The notes beneath the pieces were generated by a model that had not been told where the DNA came from, searched no databases, and worked only from the letters and a program-made list of their open reading frames with translations. Below are positions 1-14,339 of a DNA stretch of 64,000 nucleotides, piece by piece (position 1 is the first letter of the stretch; each line of letters begins with the position of its first letter). The DNA is taken from contig MU054212.1 in the NCBI GenBank assembly GCA_013239625.1, positions 9,100,898 to 9,164,897 of the forward strand, in the 5' to 3' direction. Source of the DNA: Lama guanicoe (lineage: Eukaryota). The position numbers and the translations under genes are program-made.

Positions 1-489
1 TCAGGCCCCCAGGCTGCTGCTTGTGTGAGGGGTTGTCAGACTGGCCCATCTTCAGTGCAGGCACGACACCGCTCCCCAGGTTTTCACTTCAGGGTGGGGC
101 TCTGGCCTGGGAGGTCCCTGGAGACGTCCCATCGCTCACACTTGCTGTGGGCCGAGGACCCCAAGTCCCCCAGCTTTCTTGGCCTCCCCATTTGTCACTG
201 TCAGTCATGCCAGCTGCTGCTCTGGGTTTCCCCGCTACCCCATCTGGTCTCCTCTTCGCCTTTCTCTGTGCTGTTCTCACGTAGGAAGCAGGGATGGCCA
301 TTCCTTTCCCGACAGTAGGCGTCTCCCTTTCCCCTGGGGGTCTGTGGAGGCCGCGTGGGGAATCTGGACAGCCACCCCTCCCTGAGGGCAGTGAGATACC
401 CTTCCTCCTCCTTGATGGGGTGGTGCCAGAGCAGGCCGCGTGAACCGTCATGGCTTCCACTGCTGTTCAGCTGAAATAAAGCAATGAAA

Positions 490-975
490 CGACCAGAGCC
501 AAAGAGGGCATTATATAATGATAAAAAGACCACAAAGGCATAGCAGTCCAACCTGGGTATGCACAAAACAACGGAGCTGTAAAACGTGTGAAGCAAAACC
601 TGATAAAATGAAAGGAGAAATAGACCAATGCATGGTTATATTTTGAGACTTCAATACCACTCTCTCAACAATTGGTGGAACAGAATTAGACAGAAAATCA
701 GCAAGGATGTAGAAGACTTGAGTAGCACCATCAAACGTTTCTAGAACAGTCCAACCAGTAAGAGCAAAACAGATCGTCTTATCAAGGGCTTACTGCATAT
801 ACACCAAGCTGGGCCATAAAACAAACCTAACAAATTTAAAAGAACTGAAATCATATAGCACGCGTTCTCGAATCACAGTGGAATTAAACAAGAAATGAAT
901 GACAGATAACAGGCAAATCTACAAACCCTTGGAAACTAATGGTACCCTTCTGGATAATCCATGAATAGAAGGGAA
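490..975 (+). mobile_element. Old L1 ORF2 (endonuclease region) fragment
   Basis: Degenerate L1 EN-type text: aaagagggcattatataatgataaaa, gagacttcaataccactctctca, gacagaaaatcagcaaggat, cacagtggaattaaac. Confidence 0.8.
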
Positions 976-3740
976 AATCTCCAGGGCCAGTGGATGGAAG
1001 GTGTCCAGAGTGAGACTGGGCCTCCATGTGAGGAAGTCCGGTCACTGTCCAGGAGGGTAAACAGGCTGTGGCTCTCCTGTTGCTCAGACAATCTTGGCGT
1101 GGTGAGCGGAGACTCAGTGGACATCCGCTGGGGATGCTGTCAGGGTGGTGATGGCAGTGGCAGAAGTGGGCAGTGCTAGGTACCTTTCGATGGTACCCCA
1201 AAGCCACTGGTCAGGTTGTGATTAAAGAAACCCCATCACTCGGTGGGTGGCATTGGGAGTGACGAAAGCTTAACATGGACCATTTCACTATTTTGAGAAA
1301 ATTAAAGTCAAAGTGTAATTTTCTGGGATGATTTTTGGTTCCATTAGAATTACTAGTTCCAGAGTAGGAGAGGCAGTATTTGAGGATAATGTGCTCACTA
1401 AAGCTCCCCCCGAATGGAGCAGTAATGGATCAGTAATATGAGCATCTTGGGGAGAGGTCTAGCTCTGATGAGGTGTGAAGTCTCAGACTTGAACAAAGAG
1501 AGACCCTGCAGAATGTTCTCTGCTGCCTCTGGCTTCATGTAGCTTGCATTTAAGTAATAACCCCTTTCATGATGTTGCTCCAACAAGCACGCTTTCCACA
1601 GATCAAAGTAGATTCCTCAATGACACATGCACAACTGCGGGCGTGGGGTGGAGTTGCCGTGAGATGTTAGGCAGGTTTGTAGGGCCTTTAAGAAAGAAGG
1701 ACATTTGGCGTCTCAAGGATGTCCGATGGGGCCAGGTTCCAACTGGTGGTGAGGTTGAGTGTCAACGCAGTGGTATCTAATTATTCACTGCATTTATCCC
1801 CATCAGCATGCAGAGCAGCCCAGTATAGTTTCCATCAGCATTTCTTCTTTTCAGAGTAGCTCTCAGAACCTCAGAACCATGGTGGTGATTAGTGTAAATA
1901 ACTGATAGAACAAAGAGCCCTACAAAGAAGGATCATTTGTTGCCATGTCAGGCATCTCCATGGCCAGCCTTTGGGGGCTACCCGAGCTGAACTTCCCTAG
2001 ACAGTTGGAAGGTGCCCTTGGGCAGAAGGATGCTCATGATGCCAAATGCAGCTTTGAGATGTTGGAGGGTTCGCTGATTAAATGAAGTTAATGCATTTGA
2101 GGTACCGTAATTGACAGTACTGCTGTATCCTGGCAGGTTCTTGTCTGACAGAGTTCTGTTCACTGAGTGGTACCCAATAATTTACACAGGCATGGGGGAG
2201 AGGATGCGATGGAAGAGTGTAGAAGCAGAAGAGAGAGTTGTGCATATAAAGTGAGAACAGGAAGGGCTGGTTGGCTGGAAAGCAGCTTCCAGGGGAGGAG
2301 CTGAAAGTGGCCCTTTGTAGCCCCAGCCCTCTGCTCACTCCGTGGGGCATCCCTGTTTTCAGGCCCCAGTAGTGGGGCAGAGCACACTTAATCCCCTCCC
2401 AGTTCACTTGTCTTCTGTTTCCCCGGACTCTCTTCTCCAGGCTGGCTTGTCCTCACCAACAGGAAGTATTTGGTTCTGTTTTGTTTCTTTTCCTATTAAT
2501 GTTGATTTTCAAAGGGAGATCATGAAAAGACATGTTGCTTTAAGTTTTCTTTTTTCCTTCCAATTTTAGCAGCCAGAAATCTACAACAAGACCTAGATGT
2601 GTATGTGTGTTTACTCATTCCAAGCAGAGTGGGAAGTTAATCAGGTAGTCAGGAAAATGTAGGTCTGGCCCCAGGACATTAGGATGAGAGGAAAGTTGTT
2701 ACATAGTTGAGGTCCTGGGCCATAGTCTCCTAAATTCTTTTCAAAGTTTAGCCTTTTTAAAGTTGGCATTTGATCTGACATGTCTCTTTATGGGACAGAG
2801 TTGGAACTGAACCTCACACTGAGCTGAGCTAAATCCCCAGGTTATCCGCCTTGAGGATTCCGAGAAATTAGTGCCCTTTCTTGTACGTACTTAGCGATCT
2901 TCAGGTAACAATACTCTGTACTTATAAAGGACCCCTTCCTAGTACACTAGCCTGAGGGGGACGTGGAAGGTACATGCCAGCATCTGAAGGCTCACAGGAG
3001 ATACCCCCTGCCAGTCCTGTCCTCACCAGCCCCACATCAAAGCTGTTTAACAAATGGGAACTTGGATCCCAGTTTATAACGCTGAAATTAAAAGGCTGAC
3101 ATACCGAGGATAGAGCTATTTATGATGAGGTTGATTTTAATGGGTTTCCCCACAGCTCTTTGTAGAGTTAGTACCATCCTTGTCTTTTTATGATGACAGA
3201 TGCCTTGTGAAAGTTAGATCAGAACTGGAGCCCAAACCGGAAGTACAACCCATCATGGTTTCCACGGCTAATGTACTTTTCATCTCATGGATGTCATGGG
3301 GTATGGGGTGGATGTGCCTTTGTCTTTTTTACAGACTCAAATCTCTTCAATTTATTTTTATTTTTAAGGATTAAAAAGTAGTGTTAGTGTTTGGTAAATT
3401 CTAAGAAAGATAATAGGCAACCGTTTCAGCTAGTATCTTTTAAAATTAACAGCAAAGAAGTTAAAGGAACGGCCACTTAGTTATGCGAGTGTTCTGTGTT
3501 ACATTCCTTGGTTTTGTCATTTACTCTTCCATCTGATAAAAATACATGGTGCGCCCTGCGTTTTCATCTGTTTCCCAGAATCAACTTGCTGAAAAGGAAT
3601 TATGTTGGAAAAGCATCAAGTCTGTCTTAAAAGACTTTTTTTCATTTTCAAAAGTTTGATATTTTTTCTCCAAAAACATTGGCATCTTTAGAAAATAAGT
3701 TTTAAACTTGAGATTTGTGTGACTTTCTCTGTAAAAGGGT

Positions 3741-3814
3741 AAAAATTTTTTAAAATTTATTTATTCATTTTTTGGAAGTATAGTTGACTTACAATGTTGT
3801 GTTTCTGGTGTACA
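3741..3814 (-). mobile_element. Very short L1 3' tip (artiodactyl type) with target site duplication (TSD)
   Basis: T-rich tail then gaagtatagttgacttacaatgttgtgtttctggtgtacag. Flanked by gtaaaagggt (3731-3740) and gtaaaggggt (3815-3824). Confidence 0.7.
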
Positions 3815-3971
3815 GTAAAGGGGTGTGTACGTTTATAAGTTGTCAAAAATGGTTTATAAGGCTTCAGAGTTACTTGGGCACCTGTATTGCTAAAGGACAT
3901 GTTATTATATTAAAAAAAACATTTAGTACATCTGGAAGCACAAAAGAAGGGAGGAAGGGATACATTAGCTC

Positions 3972-4475
3972 CGTGTGCTGGGTATTTTAGTGTATTTACC
4001 TTGGCACGGCCACAGGGCCCAGATATGTGTTCAAACATCATTCTGGGTGTTTCTATGAGGTTTGGGGATGCCGTTAACATTCAAGTGAGTGGACTTTGAG
4101 TAAAGCAGACTGCACGCCACAGTCATTGTGTGGGTGGGCCTCGCCGATAAGTTGAGGGTCCAGACAGAACAAAAGACTAGCCTCCTTCAAGCAAGAGGGA
4201 GCAGCAATAGACGGGCTTTGGATTTGAACTGCTACACGGGCTCCTCTTGGACCTCCAGGCTGCCAGCCCACCCTGCAGATTTTGGATTTGCCAGCCTCAG
4301 TGAGCCAGTTCCTTAAAATAAATCTATATGTATGTATACATATATACATACATACTTGTGTGTGTATTTATCTCTAACATATATGTGTATGTATGTATAT
4401 CTTTATATAAATATATATTTATATGTATATTTATCTTCCCTTGGTTCCATTTCTCAGGAGAACCCTGACTAAACA
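3972..4475 (+). mobile_element. ERVL solo LTR, MLT2 family, with internal TA/CA-rich tract (~4325-4432)
   Basis: MLT2-type motifs: aacatcattctgggtgtttct, ggactttgagtaaagcagactgc, ctgcagattttggatttgccagcctc, gtgagccagttccttaaaataaatct, ggagaaccctgactaa. Confidence 0.85.
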
Positions 4476-6063
4476 CGCCCCTTTTGGAGAAATTCACCAG
4501 CAGAGAGATCTCTGTAATCACAAATTTAATTGCACAGTTGAGAGCCTGGTTGGACCGCACACCATCACATAGGCACCCTTCCTGCTTGTGTCCAGAGAAG
4601 GGAGGGTTCAGGGCACCCAGAAGAACAGCAACCCACTGAGCCAAGAAGAAACTCTAATCCGTTAGTCTACCCAGGATGAGCAAAAGAGAACGTTCTTGAA
4701 GTTTCCAGATGCTGAAAAGCTTTCGAGGCCAAGCTGGGCTCAGGTTCTGAAGACCTAGGAGCCCTGCCAGCCACCAGGACTCTGCTGGAAGTAGAGGGAC
4801 GGGCCTGGTGTGTTGGCTTGAAGGTGAAGTCCCCTTGAGTGCTGTGGAGACAGGCACTCAACTGTAACAACGTACTTATTCTCCCAAACTTGCTCTCTGT
4901 ACTCTTTAAATTAGTATTTGGTAACATTGCCAGCACTTAGTGTTTCAAAAACAGTTCTACTTCTTAAAATAAGAGTGTTTATGGAAAAAAGATCATGCTT
5001 CTAATCTCGTTTAGGTATCTCTGTGATGGAGGCTGGGCAGTTTATGCCTGTAACCCCAGATTAATTGTCCAAGACAGCGGGGGAGGGGTTTGAATACAGC
5101 TGTAGCTAAATCTTCATGCCAAACATAAAACAGTTTTAAAGTCTTTTTATAGTCTTCTCACATATAGTAGCTGTTCATTAAATATGTCATGTGAATGAGA
5201 AATTCTCTGGCTGTTCTCTAGAGGTACATCCTTACGCTTGTTTCTGTAGTGCGGTGCTTGAATATCAGAGCAGGTCGGGTGTTACACTTGAAGACAGGCT
5301 TCTGACCAGACCCTTACGTAGGGAGAGATGCAGGTTGTGGAGTCAGTGCCGGAAGCTGGCACGGGGTCCCTGCCCGGCGCCCCTACACACGGTCCTCACT
5401 GTTGTGCTGCCTTCCGCCCACGCGGGTTGTTCATGGTGGAGATGATACACATGGTGATGTTTTCTGAATCATCATGTGTCGACTTTCCTTTTTACGTCTC
5501 CTTGTTTGTTTCCATCTAATTGCATCCAGTCTGTGGGTAAATGCTTTATGAGCTGGGGCCAGGCATCCTCTGGGCCTGATGAATCAGATTCTGTCTCGAG
5601 TCAGCTTTTGCTGTGAGGTGCCTGGGCACCTGAGTCACTCGGAGGCTGGGTGGCTGCAGACGCTGCAGTGCCCCGTCACGGTCACAGCCACCGTCTACTT
5701 TTGCCTCTGGACTTGCAAAAGTTTTGGCGAGCTGTGAAGTTGGCCGGAGACTGAAAAGAGCCAAGGAGAACTAAGCAGGGTAGTGGAGCAGTAAAGGCGT
5801 GTTGGAGGAATCCTGAAAAGCAGGTGAGTGTTGGCTGACAAGTCGGGGCTTGACAGCCAAGCGCCGCTCCCCGCTTTCCTGCCGAAGCTCAGGTGTGTCT
5901 CCTCCTTCCTCAACGTCTTCCCCAGGCGTTTTCTTTGAACAGAGTGATGGGTACATTTCCAGCTACAGAGAAACCTCTAAGCAGAGAAAATTTACAGATG
6001 ATTTTAACTTTAAAAATTAAAAACAGCCTGTCTTCAGAAGTTGGGCTTTGTCAGATTAAAGTG

Positions 6064-6200
6064 TTGGGCAAGTAACTTAAACTTTCTAAATCTTGTTTTC
6101 TCATCTCTAAAGTTAGAATAATAATATTATCTGCCTGTGTTGTCATGAGGATTCAGTGAAGCAATGTTTGAGGGTAACCTTGGTGTTGCAGATACTAGAA
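6064..6200 (+). mobile_element. MIR SINE fragment
   Basis: Core-like ttgggcaagtaacttaa...ttttctcatctctaaag...ataataat...tgaggattcagtga. Confidence 0.75.
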
Positions 6201-6304
6201 TGATACTGAATTATAATGCCAACTCTTACTTGAGGCTTCAGAATTTAATGTTTATCCATGCTCAGCCTCTCTTCACCCCTCTCCTCCCCAACTTTAGTCC
6301 AGAA

Positions 6305-6530
6305 GCATTCATTTTGTGCCCAGTGAGCCAGGACCAGGGCGTACAGTGGAGAACAAGACACAAATACGGCCCTGCCTCATGGAACTTTCCATTCTGGCCA
6401 AGGCCATAGATGGGAACATGTCAAGGGTATATGTCATAATGATTGTGTGAAGAGAAATCAAGTGCGACCTGGGGGTGGAGGGTGGCGGGTGGCGGGTGTG
6501 AGGTGGGCAGACTGTTTTATCTAGGGTGAT
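6305..6530 (-). mobile_element. L2 3' fragment
   Basis: gtacagtggagaacaagaca...ccctgcctcatggaactttccattct resembles the antisense L2 3' end. Confidence 0.6.
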
Positions 6531-6633
6531 GTCTTCTGAATCCTCAGCAACCAGCCATGCTACTGATAGCGTATTAGCTCAGAGATGTTTATCATGAAAT
6601 GTTTTTAAATTCTGGAAACAATGTCTGCTGCTC

Positions 6634-6672
6634 TGTGTATGCGTGTGTGTGTGTGTGTGTGTGTACATGTGT
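6634..6672. repeat. (TG)n microsatellite
   Basis: Directly visible tgtgtatgcgtgtgtgtgtgtgtgtgtgtgtac. Confidence 0.9.
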
Positions 6673-8809
6673 ATTTTTGATGAGTGTGGGGAAGTCGCCG
6701 TTTCCTTGGCATGAGCTATGCTTTATCTTTATGAAGACACTGTTGAAAGAAGAACTTGGCCCAATTTAGCAGAATTTATGGAGAAGGTCAAGGTTTTGGG
6801 TCATGCTGATGTTTGGTACTCCTTGAAGTAGAGATTGGAAGGAACAATTGAATTGTTGCTTCTTGGACATGTAGAAATAGGTACAAATGTTAATGTCTCT
6901 TTGCATTTTTTAAAAAAATCTGCTACTTTGGTATATAAAAAAATACTGTTTAAAAACAGTTTTCCGCCCGTGCGACTGTCAGGAAAGCAGGGTGCAGAGA
7001 TGATTGCTTGTGGGTTGTTGCTGAGTTCTGCACTGGGCTCCTGTTCCCTGGCAGGATCTTTTTGGAAGGCAACTCTGTGTCTCCCATCTATGCGTGTGTA
7101 TCATGGCAGGTTTTCCTCCTGGAGAAATAAGTGTTGGGGCTGAATGTACCAGAAGCCCTTTTTTGTAGGCGTCCAGGAAGAAGAGATCCCTTTCAGGCTG
7201 CATTTCCTTAGGCGCTCCGTCTTCAGATGTTTCTGGTAATCCTCTGCTTTCAATGCTACTACAAGTCAGGGTTGCTTACCACTCCCAGTGTATACTTACT
7301 GCTTAATTCTTAGTGGCCTTTGGGCTGTTTTTATGCCACATTGTGTGTTACTCAGCAGGGTTCTGTTTTTTCTGCACTAGTTCCAGTCATTTGTGCTTCA
7401 GAGTTTTGATACTTGAAAAAAATTGAACTGAGCAGCCTTAAAGCAACTTTGACATAAGGAAATTGACCTGGGCAGCCGGAAAGTGACTTTGTGTGTGGTG
7501 GTTGGCGAGTGTCAGCTCTGGTGCATCCACAGAGGTGAGCCTAGCAGTTTTTCACATGTTGGTCTATTATTTTCTTCAGGGACATTGGCATTAATGAGCC
7601 ACGCCAGGAAGTTCCCTGTGTTCCTTCTCCTGCAGCAGGAAGGGAGGGGGCAGGCTGGAATAGTCATTAAGGAGAGTTCAGGTCCTCTCGCAAGATGTAG
7701 TGAGTTGTTTTTAACTTAGACTTTAGGATCTCAAGTGGATCGACTGTGAGGATGGGTGTATTTGCTTGTGCACTGGTGTCTTCACTATACGCAGTGCATT
7801 TTGGTATAATAACTAGGTGTCATTGGGATTACTAGTATGCATGGCATGAAGCAGTTAGCCATGACACTGGGTATTTACTTAATCCTTCTCTTCAGGTCTT
7901 GAATGCTGGCTCCCTCATGCCTTTTGTTCTTTTTTCATTTATGGAGACATCAGTATAGAAGCTCAAAGTGAGAAGTGTGCTAGGACTGCAAGGTCAGTCC
8001 TGCTCATGGACTCCAGAGCTGATCCCTCTCTGCCCTAAGCCAGCCTCCTGGGGAGAGCTCTTCCCCAACCTCTGGATCCTGCAGTGACGCTGAGGGGACT
8101 GGCTTCCTTGTGGGGCTGGAGGACACAGGAGAGTTTGGGAAGGGAAAGGCCAAGCCCCCGGCAGCATAGGGCCGCTCATTGTGCAGGTTAAGTCCAAGAT
8201 CTAATGTGCTGACTGGGATGGGAGAGCCTCCCCTCTCCCTTCTTTCTCTTTACCATCATTGTTTCAAAGCATAACAGCCAAGACTTAGAGGAGAACAAGC
8301 AAAGATAGAAAAGAATACTGTTTTTTTCCCCTTGATGAGAGAGAGATTTGTAACATGCTAAACCATCTGATTATAAAACCTAGGACAAAGACCTTGAACA
8401 TTCATCTCCACAGATACAATAAGACAAAAGGGGAGGGAGAGAGAATGTGAAATGGCAAAACCCTAGAGAAATTCAGAAAGGAAAGTAACATTGATGGGAG
8501 TTGATCACCTGCTAACAGCTTTGTACATTCTGTGATCTTCCCTTCCTGTGGTGACCTGTCAGCCCCCAGGTAACCCTGGTGTAGGGGCACCTGGTAGCCG
8601 GTTCCTTCATGAAGTAGGAAGTTTTGAGCTTAGGCTTTGGAGACAAAAAAAGTTTAAAGCAGAGAAGTGAGCTTTGGGTTTGATGAGTGTTTAAAACTAA
8701 AGTTTGTTCATTCACTGAGCTGAGGTGAGTAGATTTATTACACTGTTGTGTTCTTTCAGTTTTGTAGAATATTCCTTTTTCTATTTTGTTAGGTGCAATC
8801 ATTGATATT

Positions 8810-11800
8810 TCAAAACTGCTCTTGAGGTGGAATTGACATACAATAATCTGCACATGCTTAAAATATACAATCTGATACATTTTGACATATGCATACATAG
8901 GTGAAACCATCACCTCAATCAAGGTAGGGAAGTTATCCATCCCCCAAAAAAGTTTCCTGGTGCCCTTTTGTAGTCATCCTCATCCCCAGTCCCACCCAGC
9001 CCTTCCCTAGGCAACCACTGTCACCATAGATTAGTTTGTAATTTCTCAGATTTTTATATAAGTTGAATCATATAATATGCATTCTTTTATTGCTTGGCTT
9101 CTTGGATGCAGCACAATTAGTTTGAAATTCACATTATTAGTACTTATTCCTTTTTATTGCTGAGTTAGCATTCCACTGTATGGACACACCACAATGTTTA
9201 TCCGATGTTGGACATTTGGGTGTTTCCAATTTTAGACTATTTAAAATAAAGCTGTTTTGAACATTTGGGTACAAGTGTTTTTCAGACTGAAGCTTTCATT
9301 TCTCTGTGGTAAATACCTAAGAGGGAATTGTTGAATCCTAAGATTGAGGTGTGTTTGACTTTTTTTGAAGCATTGCCAAACTTACTCAAAGGGATTTCAC
9401 AATTTTACATCCCCATTGGTAGTGTATGAGTCCAGTTCATCCACATCCTTTCCAACACTTGGTGTGGTTAGTCTGCTTAATTTTAGCCATTCCAGTGGGT
9501 GAGAAGTGGTACCTCACTGGGGTTTTAATTTGCTTAGTGATTAGTGATGACTATCTTTTTATGTGCTTATTTGCCATCTGTCTTCTTTGGGTGAAAGGTT
9601 TGTTTAAATCTTTGGCCAGTTTTTAAATGGGGTTGTCTGTTTCTTAGTATTTAATATTTATTTTATTTATTTATCTCTTATTATTTCTAACTTTTTTGAG
9701 TTTTGAGAGTTCTTTCTATGTTCTAGATACAAGTCCATTACTGGATATGTTATCTCCAGGTATTTCCCTAGTCTGTGGCTTATATGTTCATTTTCTTAAT
9801 GGTGTCCTTCAAAGGGAAGGCATTTTACGTTTCCAAGAAGTTTCATTTATCAGTTTTTTTTTCTTTCATGGAATGTACATTTAGTGTCATATTTAAGAAA
9901 TCTTTACCCAACTCAGAGTCACAAAGATTCACTCCCATGTTTGCTTCTAGGTTTATAGTTTTAAATTTTAAATTTATATCTATGATCTATTTTGAGTTAA
10001 TTTTTGCACATGATATAGCTCAAAGTTCTTTTTTCCTTCTATGTATAAACACCTGTTCCAGCATAATTTGTTGGTGAAAAAACCTAGCAACTGTATTTTT
10101 TATTGAATTTTACCAACTTTTGTTAAAAAATCAGTTGCCCATATGTATATTGCTCTATTCTGGACTTTTTCTTCTCTTCCATTGATTATTTGTCTATATT
10201 TTCTAGGTTTTTAAAAACTGAGGAATAATTGACATATAACACTATATTAGTTTCAAGTGTACAGCATAATTTATTTTATATTTGTATATATTGCAAAATG
10301 ATCACTATAATGAATCTAGTTAATATCTATCACCATACATAGTTACAAGATTTTTTCTTATGATGAGAACTTTTAATTTTATTTTTAAAATTTGTTTTTT
10401 AAAAATATTTATTTTTTTGTTGTTGCATAGTCAGTTTACAATGTTATGTCAATTTCTGGTGTCCTGATTGGCCGGTGAGAACTTTAAAGATAAATTGTCT
10501 TAGAAACTCTCAAATATACAATATTTATTTGTCTGTCTAGGTTCCAGTACCACACTGTGTTGATTACTGTAGTTTTGTAATAAGACTTGAAGTCAGGGAG
10601 TATAAGCCTTCCAGTTTTGTTTTTCTCTTTCAAGGGGCCTGCATTAGATGCTTCACGTTTCCACATGAATTCTATATTTAGTCTGTCAATTTCTAGGAAA
10701 AAAAAATCCTGCTTAGATTTTGATTGGGAATGCGCTGAATCTTTAGATCAATTTCTGGGATACTAACATCTTTAAAGTACTAAGTCTTCTAATCCATGAG
10801 CATGGTATACCTCTTCACTTATTTAGGTCATTAATAACTCTCAGCAATATTTTGTAGTTTTCAGTGTACAGGCATTACATATTTTTTGTGACACCTATCC
10901 CTAAGCATTTTATATTTTGGTGTATTTTTAAGATTTTAATTTCCAATTGTTCTTTAGTACTACATAGATATCCCACTGACTTTTGTGTATCAATCTAGTA
11001 TTCTGCAATCTTGTTAAAGTCATTTATTTGTTCCCATAGAAATCCCATAGGATTTTCTACCTAGATGATCATGTTGTCTGTGAATGATGACAATAACGTC
11101 TTCCTTTCCAATCTAAATGACCTTTTAATTTTTTCTTTCCCTATTGCACTGGCTATAAGGTTGAATAATGTTGAATGGAAGTGATGAGTGGACATTCTTG
11201 TCTTGTTTCCCATCTTAAGAGGAAAGCAATCTTTCATCATTAGGTATGAATGTTATATACATGTTTTTTGCAGATATCCTTTTAGTTTGAGGAAGTTCCC
11301 TTCTTTTCCTTGTTTGCTGAGAGTTTACATCAGAAAAGCATGTTAGATTTTGTTAAATGATTTTTCTGCATCTGTGGTGATTATCTTTTTTATTGTTGTT
11401 GATATGGTGAATTACATTGATTCCTTTTTAAATTGTTATCCTGGAATAAACTCGACCTGGTCATGACGTATTTTTAAAAATATATTGTTGGATTTGATTT
11501 GCTAAAAGTTTTTCATTATTGTTGTTGCAGCTCTGTCCATGAGAGATACTGGTCTGTAGTTTTCTTTTCCTCTGGTGTCTTTGTTTAGCTTTGTTACCGT
11601 GATAGTGCTGGTTTCATTGGATGCATTGGGAAAGTTTGTTTACCAGTATATCTTGGAGATACCTTCCTGGAAAAATTTTAACTGTAAGTTCTATTTCTTT
11701 AATGTATTTTGGGCCATTCAAGTTATTTGTTTGTTCTTGAATAAGATTTTGTTAATGTTTTTAAGGGAATTTGTCGATTTCACTTAGTTCTCCAATTTGG

Positions 11801-13860
11801 AGGGCATAAAGTTGTTCATAATAGTTTATTGTCATTGTCGTTTTAACATCTCCAGAGCCTGTAGTGTTGCCTTCTGTCTCCTCTCTGGTCTTGTGATTTG
11901 TGTCTTCTCTCTCCTCCCTCTCTTTTTCTGAATGGCCTGGCTAGAGTTATATCAATTTTATTGATGTTTGCAAAGAACCAGATTGGTTTCTTTATTGTTT
12001 GCCTTTTTCATTTCATCGATTTACCCTCTGATCTTTATTAATACCTGTCTTCTGTTTACTGTGGACTTAACTAGCTCTTCTTTTTCTACTGGAAGTTGAG
12101 GTCCTTGATTTGAGACCTTTCTTCTTCATAATGTAGACTTTTAGTGCTATAAGTTTCCCTCTAAGTATTGCTGTTTAGTAGCATTCCATATATTTTGATA
12201 TACTGTATTTTCATTTCATTCATTTTAGAATACTTCCTAACTTCCCTTTTGACTTCTTTTTTAACCATTGGGTTATTTTGAAGTATGTTATTTATTATAT
12301 AAATATTTAGGAGTTTTCCTGAAATCTTTCTGTTATTGGTTTCTAAGTTAATTCTATTGTGGTCAAAGAACATGCTTTGTATCACTTGAATCCTTTAAAT
12401 TTATTGAGACTACTTGTATAGGTTAGAATCTGGTCTGTCCTTGGGACCTGAGTAAAACATGTATTCTACTGTTGTTGAGAGGAATATTCTATAAATGTCA
12501 ATTAGGTCAAGTTCATGGATAGTTTTGTTCCAGTCATCCATATCCTTACTGACTTTCTGTCTGCTTGTTCTCTAGAGTACTGTGAGAGTGGTGTTGGAGC
12601 TGAAAACTGCAGTTGTGGGCTTTTCTGTTTTTCCTGTCAGTTCTGTTCATTTTTGCTTCAGGTACTTGGAAGTGAAGCTCTGTTAAAGTGTGTGTAAACA
12701 TTTAGGATTGTTATTTCCATTTGATAAATTGACCCCTTTATTTTTCTGAAATAATATTCTTCATCCCTGGCAATATTCATTTATCTTAAATCTATACTGT
12801 CTGATATTAGCAGAGTCGTTCCAGCTTTCTTTGGGTTTATCTTCTTTCATCCTTTCACTTTCAGTGTATTTTTGTCTTTATAAGAAAAACGTGTTCTTTT
12901 GTAGGACACATTTGGGTCTTTTTTCTCTGTGGTTCATTTTGGATCATTTCTATTGCTATGTCAATTTCACTCATCTTTTCTCCTTCCTTATTTAATCTGC
13001 TGTTAGTACCATCTGATCTAATTTAAATCTTGGAAATTTTCGTTCTCATCCAGAAGTCTAACTTGGATCTCTTTAATATTTTTCATGTCCCTACTTAACT
13101 TTCTGTATATATGGAATACTGTTATAATACCCATTTTAATATCTTTGATAATGCTAATATCTGTTTTGTTTCATTTTTGATTGATTTTTTCCAAACTTGG
13201 AACATCTTTTTCTGCTTCTTTGCATGCCTATTAATTTTTTTTATTGAATTCCAGAATGAATTTTACCTTGTTGCATGCTGATATTTTTGTATTTTTATAA
13301 AATTTGTGAAATTTGTTCTGGGATGCAGTTATTTGACAGCAGTTTAATCCTTTTGGGTTTGCTTTTAAGATTAGGTGGTATCAGAGAACCATTTACTGCA
13401 AGGCTAATTATTCGTCATGGCCAAGACATGGTTCTTCTGAGTACTATTCCCAATGTCCCATGAATTGTGAGATTCTAGTCTGGCTGGTGAGAGTGGCTCT
13501 GGACGAGCACTGGGTATTTTTCCTTCTAGTCCTTTGGGTGGTTCTTTCCCTGGTCTCAAGTACTTATGTGCACTGATTAGCATCCTGCTGTATACTCAAA
13601 GCAGACCCTCTGAAGATTTTCAAGTTCTTTCTCTGAGCGGCACAGTTGTATTCTGCCTGTGAATCTTACCTTGTTCTCCCAGCTCGAGCAGTCTGATGAC
13701 ACCCTAGGTCTGCCTAGGGTCCCTTTCCCTGTGTCATGACCTGAGAGTTTTCTCAAAGCAGTACAGCAGGGTTTTGTATGTTTTAAGCAGAAGGGGAAGT
13801 GTGATACCTATTTCTTAATCTTGGCCAAAAGCAGAAGTCTTGGCAGCCATTAATATTTAA
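8810..13860 (-). mobile_element. Old L1 (L1MC/MD-like): 3'UTR, ORF2 remnants and probable 5' region, with nested younger L1 pieces
   Basis: 3' end ttgaggtggaattgacatacaataatctgcac. Minus-strand ORFs 10484..10666 (LILPDFKSYYKTTVINTVWYW) and 12161..12385 (IQSMFFDHNRINLETNN) are L1 ORF2 motifs. 12920-13860 resembles an L1M 5' region and may be a separate fragment. Confidence 0.85.
10200..10524 (-). mobile_element. L1MA-like 3' end nested in the older L1, itself interrupted by a younger L1 tip at 10377-10475
   Basis: ataattgacatataacactatattagtttcaagtgtacagcataat...catagttacaagattttttcttatgatgagaactttt. Duplicated flanks are described in findings. Confidence 0.75.
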
Positions 13861-14339
13861 AATACATTGACAATGTATAATGATTCCCCCAAAATGATCA
13901 AAGTTTTGGACCTAAAAATCCTGTCTCTGGGGACATATCTTAAATAGCTCGAAAAAGGAAAAAAGAAATTATGCTCAGAAAAATATTCTGTACAGCATTA
14001 TTTGTAATGAGGATTAGAAGAAATCTAAGAAAAGGAGAGTAGTTAAAATTATGGCATATCTATGCACTGAAATATTAGGGGTTATTTTAAATGATAATTT
14101 CAAAGATTTTTCAAAGTTAAAATGCTTAACATTTAATATTACATTCATTAATGATATATGAGAATATTCCATGCTATATCATCATTACAACCTCATAAAA
14201 CATTCATATGGATAAAAACTCAGAGTACACCAAATGACATAGCACTTTAGGGAGATTGAATTGAGTATTTTTCTTCTACTTTAAAGAATGTACTCATCAT
14301 TGTATTAGAATCTATCAATCTGGAATTCATTTGATAATT

